From Anaerolineales bacterium (lineage in GTDB: Bacteria > Chloroflexota > Anaerolineae > Anaerolineales > Villigracilaceae), in assembly GCA_046328875.1 (NCBI GenBank), contig JAXLVS010000001.1, forward strand, positions 2,513,315-2,577,314: 64,000 nucleotides of DNA. The letters run 5' to 3'. Made by a program: the position numbers and the translations under genes. Numbering within the stretch: the first letter of the stretch is position 1; each line of letters opens with the position of its first letter. The notes under the pieces are model-generated. The model did not search any database and was not told the origin of the DNA. It saw only the letters and a list, made by a program, of their open reading frames with translations. Of the stretch, positions 8,431 through 17,546 are shown in pieces.

Positions 8431-10812
8431 CTAGTTTCTAAGCGGTTTACCCGTCTGCAAAATGCTCCACATTCTCGCCTGAGTCTTTTCCTCGCCACAC
8501 AGAGACAGGAATGCTTCACGCTCCAAATCCAAAATATATTGCTCGCTCACCCAGGTCGGCTTGGACAAGTCGCCGCCAGCCATAACATACGCAAGTTTGG
8601 AGGCAATGTACGAGTCGTATTCGGTAATGTAATTGCCTTCCTTGAATGCCCATGCGCCAATCTTCATCGCACCGTACATGTCACGACCAGGCGCATAGAT
8701 CAACTCTGGCGCGGGCGGACGATATCCAGACGCGGCCATGTGCAATGCTTCTTTCTTGGCTTCGGTCAGCAAATGATCTCGATTGATCACAACTCGATCC
8801 TGCGGGCCTAAAATTCCCATGCCGCGCGCTTCTTCGGCAGACACAGCTACTTTGGCTTGACCAATTTGCAAGAACGCCTTTTGAATGAACGGGAATGTCT
8901 CAGCGCTTTCAACTTTGGCAGCGGGGTTGATAATGCGGCGCATATATTCTTTTGTGCCTGCACCCGCAGGGATCACGCCCGCACCAAGTTCCACCAAACC
9001 GATATAAGTCTCAGCAGCCGCAACGACTCTCGAACCGTGCATGGTAATTTCACAACCACCACCGAGAGCAAGTCCTGCAGGAGCGATAACCACAGGTTTG
9101 GGTGAATAGCGCATCCGCATATTCAAACCCTGCAATCTGCGGATCGCGCCATCGAGCTGATCCCACATGCCTTGTTGAGCAGCGACCACGACCATGAACA
9201 AATTTGCACCCGCACTAAAGTTATCCGCTTCACTGCCGATGACCAGACCATCGAATTCATTTTCAAGTCTATCCAACGCTTCGGAAGCGACCGCAAAGAT
9301 ATCGTCATCGAGCGCGTTCATCTTGGTGTGGAATTCAACCAGCGCAACGCCATCGCCAATATCATACAACGACGCGCCCGCATTCTTGCTGATCTCTTTC
9401 TTCGTACCGCGTAAATCCTTCAAGAACACAAAGCCTTCACTGGCCTTGAACTTCACATACTTCTTTTTAGACACATCGTACGCGCCAACTTTGTTATCGC
9501 CCTTGTATTGATAGAAGGTCTCAACACCGTTCTTCAACATTTCGTCCACCCATTTCGCGGCGGGGTATCCTTCGGCCTTCATACGCTTCACGGTCTCTTT
9601 CACGCCGAGCATGTCCCAAATCTCGAACGGGCCAGCATCGTGCATGAAACCCCAGCGGACCGCATCATCAATCGGCTTGGCAGTATCCGCGACTTCGGGG
9701 ATGAGAGTGGAGACGTACTGGAAACTTTGATAGGTCAACGCCTTGACTAACTTCGCCGCTTTGTCATCCGCCTCAAGCATGACCTTGAGCCTGTCACCCA
9801 ACCCTTCGACATCTTTCGCCGCCTTGACAGAGTCAAAGCGCGGCTTGCCCGCAGGGACATGCTCCATCGTATTCAGATCAAGCGAATAGAATTGCTTCTT
9901 TCCTTCAGCGTCGCGCACTTCCTTGTAAAAGCCAACTTTGGTTTTATTGCCAAGCCACTTGCGCTCCAATAACGTGTCCATCAACTTGCGAGGCTTTTCA
10001 GCGGCGAGATATTTCTGTCCGAGTTTATCGTGCGCGATCAACGGCGCAAGGTTCTTACCCACGTGATCCCACACATCCACACCGACCAGATCTATCAGCC
10101 TGAACGTTGCCGTTTTGGGCCGACCCATTAAAGGTCCAGTAATAGCGTCCACTTCGTCAACGGTATATTCGTTGTTGAGGATAAAGTCCATTGCGAAGGC
10201 ACCCGTTCCAAACGCAACTCGATTCCCAATAAAGTTCGGAGTGTCTTTGCAAAGCACCACGCCTTTGCCTAAGTCAAATTCACCGAAATGCATGAAGAAT
10301 TCAGTGACATCCTTGGCTGTGTCTGCGGTTGGAATGATCTCCAACAATTTGAGATAACGCGGCGGATTGAAGAAATGTGTGCCGAGGAAATGCTGCTTGA
10401 AGCCCTTCGAGCGGCCCTCAGCAATCGCCTTCACAGGAATACCAGACGTATTTGTCGAAACAATTGTGTTCGGCTTGCGAATTTCGTCAATACGCGCCAT
10501 CAAGTCTTGTTTGATCTTGAGGTTTTCGACAATGGCTTCGCAGACCCAATCCGCATCAGCAACCGCGCTGAAATCATCCTCAAGATTTCCAAGCGTGACG
10601 AGAGTTTTCAAGTCCGCACCCATTAAGTTGGCGGGCTTGGCTTTGATACAACGATCCCAACCTTCTTTGACGATCTTATTTTTATCAGGCGAGTCTTTCG
10701 CGACAATGTCGAGCAAGGTCACAGGCACGCCGATATTCGCAAGGTGCGCTGCAATGGCTGCACCCATTGTGCCCGAGCCGATGACAACTGCTTTGTGGAT
10801 GTGATATTTCAT
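8431..10812 (-). CDS. fadN: 3-hydroxyacyl-CoA dehydrogenase/enoyl-CoA hydratase fusion (FadN-like)
   Basis: GSGTMGAAIA, STNTSGI, HFFNPPRY, then crotonase FSAGANL, GGGCE, ELGAGVIP; start MKYHIH at 10812 with SD GAGG. Confidence 0.9.
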   Translation of the reverse strand: MKYHIHKAVVIGSGTMGAAIAAHLANIGVPVTLLDIVAKDSPDKNKIVKEGWDRCIKAKPANLMGADLKTLVTLGNLEDDFSAVADADWVCEAIVENLKIKQDLMARIDEIRKPNTIVSTNTSGIPVKAIAEGRSKGFKQHFLGTHFFNPPRYLKLLEIIPTADTAKDVTEFFMHFGEFDLGKGVVLCKDTPNFIGNRVAFGTGAFAMDFILNNEYTVDEVDAITGPLMGRPKTATFRLIDLVGVDVWDHVGKNLAPLIAHDKLGQKYLAAEKPRKLMDTLLERKWLGNKTKVGFYKEVRDAEGKKQFYSLDLNTMEHVPAGKPRFDSVKAAKDVEGLGDRLKVMLEADDKAAKLVKALTYQSFQYVSTLIPEVADTAKPIDDAVRWGFMHDAGPFEIWDMLGVKETVKRMKAEGYPAAKWVDEMLKNGVETFYQYKGDNKVGAYDVSKKKYVKFKASEGFVFLKDLRGTKKEISKNAGASLYDIGDGVALVEFHTKMNALDDDIFAVASEALDRLENEFDGLVIGSEADNFSAGANLFMVVVAAQQGMWDQLDGAIRRLQGLNMRMRYSPKPVVIAPAGLALGGGCEITMHGSRVVAAAETYIGLVELGAGVIPAGAGTKEYMRRIINPAAKVESAETFPFIQKAFLQIGQAKVAVSAEEARGMGILGPQDRVVINRDHLLTEAKKEALHMAASGYRPPAPELIYAPGRDMYGAMKIGAWAFKEGNYITEYDSYIASKLAYVMAGGDLSKPTWVSEQYILDLEREAFLSLCGEEKTQARMWSILQTGKPLRN

Positions 10813-10814
10813 GA

Positions 10815-12074
10815 TTACCTCAACTCTGCGCCCGTGTAACCCAAAATCTGACGAGCCACCACGAGACGATTGATTTGACCTGTACCTTCGTAAATATCTG
10901 TGATCTTGGCATCGCGGAACCATTTCTCAAGTAGGAAATCGCGGCTGTAGCCAAGCGGTCCCAAAATTTCAACGGCTTTCTGCGTGACCTTCGTAGTCAC
11001 ATCGCCAGCCTTTACCTTGCTCATAGAAGACTCAAGCGCGTTCGGCTTTTTATTGTCCGCCATCCAAACCGCTTTCAAGACCATCAACCATGCAGAGCGA
11101 AGTTGGATATCTATATCGATCACGTCGCGTTCGATGGATGTTAGCTTGTTGCGTGGCAGCCCATAGCGGACTTCGACGCCGTTTTCCTTCAACTTCTCTT
11201 TGAGGAATTCGAGCGCGGCTCTTGCCACACCGATACCTGATGCTGCTACGAGAGGCCGAGTCGCATCGAAAGTAGCCATCGCGCCCTTGAAGCCTGTCGT
11301 GGTCTTTTCAACTGTCGGGCTGCCCAATACGTTCTCATACGGCACGCGAGCATCCACCAGTGAGATCGCGGCTGTATCGCTGGCGCGGATACCGAGCTTG
11401 TGTTCAAGCTTGGTGATCGTCACGCCAGGCGTGCCACTCTCGACAACGAAAGCACGCATTCCAGAGCGTCCTGCGGACGGGTCAATGCTTGCCCAGACAA
11501 CGATAAAGCCTTTGCCAAGTTTTTCATATTCAACAAATGATTTATCCCCGCCCGTGACGAATATCTTCTCGCCGTTGATGACCCACTCTTTTGTGGCTTC
11601 ATCCAACACAGCACGGGTGCGGATCGCGGAAGTGTCCGAGCCTGCGCCAGGTTCGGTCATGCACATGGCCGCATAGGTCGGCTTGTCATCATTGAAGCGG
11701 GCAAGAAACTTGGCTTTCTGTTCTGGGGAACCAGCAGCTTGAACAGCCGCTGCACCGAGTCCACCACCAGGAGTGATAAGGTAATAGCCTACGTCGCCCC
11801 ATGAAAGCATTTCAATTTGAGATGCTAATTTCTGATATCCAATTGGAGGTCGCTTCTCGGCGCCTTCCTTTGGTTTTTCTTCTGTCACGGTTAATCCGCC
11901 GCCACCGCCCATGGAACGCATGGCAGAGTGCATAAATTCTACATAGTCCCATGGAATAGCGTGTTCGTTCTCGTCAAATTCACGGGAGGTGGTGCGCATC
12001 ATATTTTCGGCAACAGAGTGTAGCATGGTCTGCATCTGCAAAATCGGTTTGGGGGTTTCGAAATCAATAGTCAT
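10815..12074 (-). CDS. Acyl-CoA dehydrogenase, catalytic subunit (FadE23-like)
   Basis: CMTEPGAGSD, INGEKIF, KLGIRASDTA, RDAKITDIYEGT (catalytic Glu present). Confidence 0.9.
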   Translation of the reverse strand: MTIDFETPKPILQMQTMLHSVAENMMRTTSREFDENEHAIPWDYVEFMHSAMRSMGGGGGLTVTEEKPKEGAEKRPPIGYQKLASQIEMLSWGDVGYYLITPGGGLGAAAVQAAGSPEQKAKFLARFNDDKPTYAAMCMTEPGAGSDTSAIRTRAVLDEATKEWVINGEKIFVTGGDKSFVEYEKLGKGFIVVWASIDPSAGRSGMRAFVVESGTPGVTITKLEHKLGIRASDTAAISLVDARVPYENVLGSPTVEKTTTGFKGAMATFDATRPLVAASGIGVARAALEFLKEKLKENGVEVRYGLPRNKLTSIERDVIDIDIQLRSAWLMVLKAVWMADNKKPNALESSMSKVKAGDVTTKVTQKAVEILGPLGYSRDFLLEKWFRDAKITDIYEGTGQINRLVVARQILGYTGAELR

Positions 12075-12096
12075 GGTTGTATCTCCTACTCTGTAT

Positions 12097-12135
12097 GAGA
12101 TTGCTTCGTCGGGCTAAAGCCCTCCTCGCAATGAC
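12097..12135. repeat. REP-like intergenic element
   Basis: GAGATTGCTTCGTCGGGCTAAAGCCCTCCTCGCAATGAC; matches from memory the GAGATTGCTTCG...CTCGCAATGAC repeat family; inner hairpin GGGCT-AA-AGCCC. Confidence 0.65.
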
Positions 12136-12138
12136 GAA

Positions 12139-13227
12139 TTAAACGATTGCCAGCCCTAAAAGCATCGCAAAGCCACGGCCGTTGCGGAGGAGCAGCTCAA
12201 CGGGGTTCTCACGAATATAGCCATGTCCACCGTAGATTTGCACGCCTCGGTCCGTGACCATCAGAGCCATGTCCGCTGCACCTGTTTGGGCGAGGTATGC
12301 GGCGACATTGGCATCTTCTTTATTATTGTCCAATTTCCACGCGGCTTCCCAAGCGAGCAGACGAATACCTTCCATTTCAGTTGCCATCTCCGCAAGAAAG
12401 AAGGCAATGGCTTGCTTCTGGGCGATCTTCACCCCGAAGGCATCACGTTCTTTTGCATAGCTCTTTGCATATTCAAAGGATGACCTTGCCACGCCCAAAG
12501 CAGTTGCAGCAGAGGCAATGCGCATCGAAGACAGAATCAATTCAAAGTTATGTCCAGAAGCGCCACCAAGGCGGCTGGCAAAGACATTCTCTAATTTGAC
12601 TCGGTACATGGGCAAAGCATTCAATCCCATCAATTTTTCGCGTTCTTCTGAAACGCTCAATCCGGAGGTTCCTTTTGAAACAATGAAGCCTTGCGTCTCG
12701 CCATCGAGGTTGGCGTAGACTATCATGGCTTCAGCATCTTTCGCAAAGGGGACAAAAATCTTCTCACCGTTGAGGATGTAATTGCTGCCATCAGATTTTG
12801 CTGTAGTCTTGAGCGCATTTGGGTCGAAGTCGAAACTCATTTCCATAAGCGCGGACGTGTAGGGTGCCCATTCGCCGCCGACGATCTTAGGAAGGTATAG
12901 CTGTTTTTGTTCTTCGCTGCCGCCAAGCAAAATAGGCGTGGCGAAAAGAGAAGGAGTCATAACGGAAAGCGCGCCCGCGAGATCACCAAAGGCCATCTCT
13001 TCCACCGCCAGCACACCAGTGACCGCAGAACGGTCACCAAAGCCACCGTAGGCTTCAGGAATTGAGGCTTGCAACAAACCGATCTCCCAACCCTTGCTGA
13101 CCAGCTTCTTCGGAAACTCGTGACCTTCTTCGGCATCATGAGCCGCAGGGCGAAGGTCATTTGCGGCATACTTCCCCACCGCGTCCACCAACATTTGTTG
13201 CTCTTCATTTGGTTCAAACGAATACAT
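12139..13227 (-). CDS. Acyl-CoA dehydrogenase-like subunit (FadE24-like), lacking the C-terminal catalytic segment
   Basis: LNGEKIFV, FGVKIAQKQAIAF, QIYGGHGY; ends soon after RNGRG with no YEG motif; start MYSFEP after SD AAGGAG. Confidence 0.85.
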   Translation of the reverse strand: MYSFEPNEEQQMLVDAVGKYAANDLRPAAHDAEEGHEFPKKLVSKGWEIGLLQASIPEAYGGFGDRSAVTGVLAVEEMAFGDLAGALSVMTPSLFATPILLGGSEEQKQLYLPKIVGGEWAPYTSALMEMSFDFDPNALKTTAKSDGSNYILNGEKIFVPFAKDAEAMIVYANLDGETQGFIVSKGTSGLSVSEEREKLMGLNALPMYRVKLENVFASRLGGASGHNFELILSSMRIASAATALGVARSSFEYAKSYAKERDAFGVKIAQKQAIAFFLAEMATEMEGIRLLAWEAAWKLDNNKEDANVAAYLAQTGAADMALMVTDRGVQIYGGHGYIRENPVELLLRNGRGFAMLLGLAIV

Positions 13228-13312
13228 TTCTCTGCTCTCCTTTTTGGTGAAAGTAGACATGCAAACAAGTATTCAAGTCCTTGTTTTCGTATCTACGCGT
13301 TTCCAGATTCAT

Positions 13313-13876
13313 TTACTTCAACATGCCCTTCAACACAAAATCAGAATACTCATCTGCAATCTGCTCAATGGTTTTGCCGCCCTCGGGGCTGTACCAGGTA
13401 AGTGTCCAATTCATTACACCCATTAAGGCACGCACGGCAAGGCCAGGGTCTTTCAACTCAAAGACCTTGGCTTGAATGCCTTCATTAACAACATCCCGCC
13501 ATAATCCTTCAAACTTGTCGCGTTGAGGGACATGACGGGCATGTGATTTTTTATCGAGTGAACGATGTTCAAATAAAAGGACGGCAGTGAGATCGCCGTT
13601 TTCAGCAAGCGCAGATAAATAAGCGCGGATCATTTGTCGGAGTTTTTGGTCGGCGGGAATATTTTGAGTGGAGATGGCGGCGATATGATCGGTCAACATC
13701 ACGAGGGCGCGGTCAAGAAGCGCAAGCAAAATTTCCTGCTTGGACGTGACGTGATGATACAGGCTGGCCTTTTGCAGGTTCACCGCATCCGCAATGGCAG
13801 ACATGGAAGCGCCATGAAAACCTTTCTGGCGGAACACCTGCGCAGCGGCATCGAGAATGTCATCTCTGGTCATCAC
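13313..13876 (-). CDS. TetR/AcrR family regulator with KstR2/PfmR-type C-terminal domain
   Basis: ILDAAAQVFRQKGFHGASMSAIA..KASLYHHV; GVMNWTLTWYSPEG; heads the beta-oxidation operon. Confidence 0.9.
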   Translation of the reverse strand: MMTRDDILDAAAQVFRQKGFHGASMSAIADAVNLQKASLYHHVTSKQEILLALLDRALVMLTDHIAAISTQNIPADQKLRQMIRAYLSALAENGDLTAVLLFEHRSLDKKSHARHVPQRDKFEGLWRDVVNEGIQAKVFELKDPGLAVRALMGVMNWTLTWYSPEGGKTIEQIADEYSDFVLKGMLK

Positions 13877-13887
13877 TTCTCCTTCCC

Positions 13888-13903
13888 TACCGAACGGTAG
13901 GTA
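13888..13903. promoter_or_regulatory. Putative TetR operator (PfmR-like pseudo-palindrome)
   Basis: TACCGAACGGTAGGTA, 12 nt upstream of the tetR start; one mismatch on either strand to the Thermus PfmR consensus TACCGACCGNTNGGTN as I recall it. Confidence 0.6.
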
Positions 13904-14108
13904 GGGATAGTTTACCCCTCTCCCACAAACGCGTCAAGAGAATTTCTGCCTTAAAATAAACTATCCCAACAGGTTTTGTTGGGACGGATGCAAACAAGAA
14001 CCAAGTATAAATATTACTCAACAATCTTCCAGCCTATTAAAAAATAGGAAGCTAATAAAATATCAAAGCAATTTATTCACTTAAGAAGATAAAATTCAAT
14101 CAACTTTG

Positions 14109-14334
14109 ATGAATCAAGAATCGCCCCCCCCTCCTCCGACAATTGCTCGAGCGCCTTGAGCGTATCTCCGCCGATTCATATTGGGCGCACCGTGCCAGCG
14201 GAGTCCGCGGATCACTGCTGAGGATGTTAGAAATGCTGGAAAATGACACCCCAGTTTCTGGGGCTGAGTTGAAACGTTTGATCGATCTGGGATTCGTTTT
14301 GCTTGAAAAAGCAGCAAAAGAGAAAATCAGGTAA
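14109..14334 (+). pseudogene. Small hypothetical gene whose ATG is out of frame across a C8 tract
   Basis: ATG at 14109 joins the 14143-14334 ORF if one C of the run at 14124-14131 is removed, giving MNQESPPLLRQLLERLERISADSYWAHRASG; the alternative is an intact TTG start at 14143. Confidence 0.4.
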
Positions 14335-14359
14335 ATATTTCTTTGTACTGCAGAAATTT

Positions 14360-15778
14360 TTACTTGAAAATTCGATCAATTTCAAATTTTCCCACTTCCA
14401 CGATCAAATCATCACGAGAAATTTCATTTGCAAGCTTAACACCTGGCAAGCCAGTCAAGGGATCAATAATGGCAAAGCCCACTGTATATTTTCCATTTTC
14501 AAGCCCCACTATCGGTAATAAAAGCTCAGTAGAATATATCTGGTTCGGAAGTATTTTGCGTAAATCCATTTCCAATGGATATGAACCTACAACCATACCG
14601 TTTTTATCAAATAAATACACCATAGTCGGCCAGTCATAATAAAATGGGGCAATTCCATCATTTGAAAAACTAATCTTGATCTGCGCTTCTTTCCCAAACC
14701 TTACAGAGAGCGGCATTTCAACATGATGAACGTATAAACGGTATCCAATCGTAGAAAGTACCTGATCGATTCCGCCTTGTAAGTCTCCACTTAACTTGAC
14801 ATCATATGGACCACCTGGCCCAATAAAGGTTGTATGTGACTTACGCAATAGCTGAAGTGTTGTTTCAAGGTCAGTGCCATACATCTTTTCATTACTGACA
14901 TCAGGCGCTTGCTCACCACCTACAGGCGCCAATTCCCATCCACCAAGCATTGGCACAATCGTGTTATTTTCACCTGGCAAATACACGCCGCCATTTTCAA
15001 TCCAATGCAGCCAGCCATTCGTGTGTTCAACATTTCCAGTCATATCATTGAACAACCCTAAACTTAAGTCCCGCGCTATCGTAAATGGACGCCGCATTAG
15101 AAGATGTACACCAGGAAATGCATTTAGGTAATGATAAACATATATATTCCGAATATTCTCTGGAGGCAATTGCCTTAACTCAGAAGATATGTGCCATTCG
15201 CCCCAGTGTCCAAGACTCCCTAATTCTACAAAGGCAAAAAAGCCGTCTTTTCCATACCGATTACCCAGCACATTTATAGCTAGTTGATGGTACTTAATCA
15301 ATATTGGGTTTGAATAGTTGGGGCTAAAACCTTTTCCATATTGGTTATCATAAAACTCCCCATCCTTATTTATTTTTTCAAATAACCAATCAGGGATGTC
15401 CATATGAGCATCTCCTCTTGGAACATCAATAACAAATCGAAAAACGACCCTTTTCCCCTCCTGACGCCAACGAGCTAATTGTTGTCCCTTCTCAAATGTG
15501 TCGAAATCAAATATCCCTTCTTGAGGCTCAAAATCTCTCCATATTAAATCTGCATAGACAAGGGTGTGAGGCTGGTATATATCTTTTGAATTCGCCCACG
15601 GTGCCCACCCCATCAAAGGGTTTATGATGGGATGGGCGGCCGAATTAAAGTATAAAGTTTGTTTATTCAACTTGGTATATGAATTAAAAGCCAAAGGCGT
15701 TACCAATAAACACAAAATCATTAAGCAGAAAATAGCGCCAACAAAGGTGCGTTTTCTACCTACACCATTACGATTCAT
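14360..15778 (-). CDS. Membrane-anchored DUF4832-domain glycoside hydrolase-like protein
   Basis: N-terminal TM; WRDFEPQEGIFDF, VVFRF, GSLGHWGEWH, PVGGE, IGYRL; C-terminal Ig-like part with GIAPFYYDWP; likely start MNRNG at 15778. Confidence 0.7.
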   Translation of the reverse strand: MNRNGVGRKRTFVGAIFCLMILCLLVTPLAFNSYTKLNKQTLYFNSAAHPIINPLMGWAPWANSKDIYQPHTLVYADLIWRDFEPQEGIFDFDTFEKGQQLARWRQEGKRVVFRFVIDVPRGDAHMDIPDWLFEKINKDGEFYDNQYGKGFSPNYSNPILIKYHQLAINVLGNRYGKDGFFAFVELGSLGHWGEWHISSELRQLPPENIRNIYVYHYLNAFPGVHLLMRRPFTIARDLSLGLFNDMTGNVEHTNGWLHWIENGGVYLPGENNTIVPMLGGWELAPVGGEQAPDVSNEKMYGTDLETTLQLLRKSHTTFIGPGGPYDVKLSGDLQGGIDQVLSTIGYRLYVHHVEMPLSVRFGKEAQIKISFSNDGIAPFYYDWPTMVYLFDKNGMVVGSYPLEMDLRKILPNQIYSTELLLPIVGLENGKYTVGFAIIDPLTGLPGVKLANEISRDDLIVEVGKFEIDRIFK

Positions 15779-15794
15779 AATCAGTTTTTTTAAT

Positions 15795-16772
15795 TTATTT
15801 CCATGGTGCAATAATGGAGGGTGTTTCTGCATCAGCTGCATGTCCAAGATAAGGAAGGCCCCAAGCATCAGCCATGGTCCTGAGCAATGAATAATGGTTA
15901 TAAGGTGTGTCGTCTTCAAATCCTTTTTTTACTTCAGGAGATATAAAGACAACAGGTACACGACCACCTGCATCATCTTCGGGCAACCCACAGCAGCCTT
16001 CGTCACCATCCCCTTCTTCAAACATAAGCACGACAAGATAGTTGCTACTATCAGCGTCCAGAGCTGGAATAAGAACATCAAGCTGACGAGAAAGCCATTT
16101 ATCGGCAACACCTACGCTGCAATCATGTCCATCATTACAAATATTAGGAGTGATAAAAATGAAATTTGGAAGCGCATTGGCATCAATATCTGCTTTAAGC
16201 TCAGTGAATGGAACCACACTCTTTTCACACCGAGGTTTATCCAAGCGGATGGGGTCAAAATAAACAAAGGGATTATGTTTTTGTTCGTAGCTATCCTCGC
16301 TGCCAATATAACAAGGCTCTGGCATATCCTCCTGATATGTCTTCCAAGTCCGCCCACTGGCTTCTATCAAGTCTGGCAAACTGGTAGCATTAAAAAAACA
16401 ATCTGTGCAATTCTCAGTAATATCAAACGTTTCTCCACTCATCAAAGCAATGTAATTAGGAAGGCTTGGGTGTTTAACGCCATAATAATGTGTGAGTAAA
16501 GTGTATTGGTCTGCAAGCCCATTAAAAGTAGGCATAAGTGGACTAGATAGACTTTCATCAGATGCCCAGTTTTCGAAAATAATGATAACAATATGATCAA
16601 AATTTGGCACCTGTGCTTTAGACTCAGATGCCCCATCTACTGGTGGGGCATCGTTAGTTGGGGCAAGAGTTGTATCAGTAGGCAATGGAGCAGGTGTCGG
16701 AGTAACATTTGAGCCGCAAGCTGCAAGAACCAGCGCAAGAATCAACGTAAAAATTTTTTGAAAACGAGACAT
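15795..16772 (-). CDS. Lipoprotein phosphoesterase (alkaline-phosphatase superfamily, SapM/AcpA-like)
   Basis: Lipobox LVLAAC; HIVIIIFEN, HPSLPNYIALMSG (Ser nucleophile), KHNPF, NDGHD, HYSLLRT. Confidence 0.85.
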   Translation of the reverse strand: MSRFQKIFTLILALVLAACGSNVTPTPAPLPTDTTLAPTNDAPPVDGASESKAQVPNFDHIVIIIFENWASDESLSSPLMPTFNGLADQYTLLTHYYGVKHPSLPNYIALMSGETFDITENCTDCFFNATSLPDLIEASGRTWKTYQEDMPEPCYIGSEDSYEQKHNPFVYFDPIRLDKPRCEKSVVPFTELKADIDANALPNFIFITPNICNDGHDCSVGVADKWLSRQLDVLIPALDADSSNYLVVLMFEEGDGDEGCCGLPEDDAGGRVPVVFISPEVKKGFEDDTPYNHYSLLRTMADAWGLPYLGHAADAETPSIIAPWK

Positions 16773-16813
16773 GGTATCCTGAAATTAATCTGAACAAAAT
16801 TTAGAGAACATCA

Positions 16814-16855
16814 AAAAATCAAGCCGCTTTATTTAAATAAAGCGGCTTGATTTTT
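16814..16855. terminator. 42-bp perfect palindrome, probable terminator
   Basis: AAAAATCAAGCCGCTTTATTT|AAATAAAGCGGCTTGATTTTT, overlapping the DUF4956 stop codon. Confidence 0.75.
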
Positions 16856-17522
16856 AGCCATTATATTCTCCTGCATACTGAATCAGAGCTACATCAGTTA
16901 CTGCAGGTAAGTTTTTCAAAGTGTCCATAAAAGAAGTGTTGTTATTTTTTACAACAATCTCAACGGCAAGCTCGACGCTATCCTTGCGAACTGTTTTGGA
17001 TTTAATCTGAAACCGATTCGCACGTAAGATTCGGCGCACTTCATCTCCAATCGTTGCATCTTCACCAGAGTAATGAATAAGCAGAATAAATATTTCACGA
17101 GAGACGGATTTCCTGCCAATTGTCGCCAGCATAAGAATAACTATAACTGCACCCGTCAAAGCCAGATAATGAAGCTTAGCGCCGATAGTAATACCGCTAC
17201 CTACAGCCCAAAAAAGGAAAATAATATCTGCAGGATCCTTAATAGCAGTTCTATAACGGACAATACTCAGCGCACCAACCATGCCTAATGATAGTGCGAT
17301 ATTGGAGCTAATAGCCAATGTAATCATCGTAGTTAGAATCGTCAGGAGAGCCAGAGAAACTGAAAAAGCCTGGTTGTACACAACGCCACGAAACGACAAT
17401 TGGTATACATAATATATTAATAACCCGACGGCAAAAGATGCCAACAACGCTACAATGATGGGAGTCAATGTAGCCAACGCCCCCGAAAGATCAACCTGCA
17501 AAAACTTTAAGAGATTTTCCAT
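16854..17522 (-). CDS. DUF4956 family membrane protein
   Basis: SNIALSLGMVGALSIVRYRTAIKDP motif; about 5 hydrophobic helices plus a C-terminal ACT-like soluble domain. Confidence 0.85.
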   Translation of the reverse strand: MENLLKFLQVDLSGALATLTPIIVALLASFAVGLLIYYVYQLSFRGVVYNQAFSVSLALLTILTTMITLAISSNIALSLGMVGALSIVRYRTAIKDPADIIFLFWAVGSGITIGAKLHYLALTGAVIVILMLATIGRKSVSREIFILLIHYSGEDATIGDEVRRILRANRFQIKSKTVRKDSVELAVEIVVKNNNTSFMDTLKNLPAVTDVALIQYAGEYNG

Positions 17523-17546
17523 AATTTATTCCTTTCAAGATTTTTA

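Noticed and set aside
14360-15919. ORF-track start at 15919 for the DUF4832 gene
   Set aside because: It overlaps the phosphoesterase by 125 nt; the ATG at 15778 followed by a signal-anchor is more plausible. Similar over-extensions were rejected for thrC, thrB, fadN, nagC-like, GT4 and the thioesterase.
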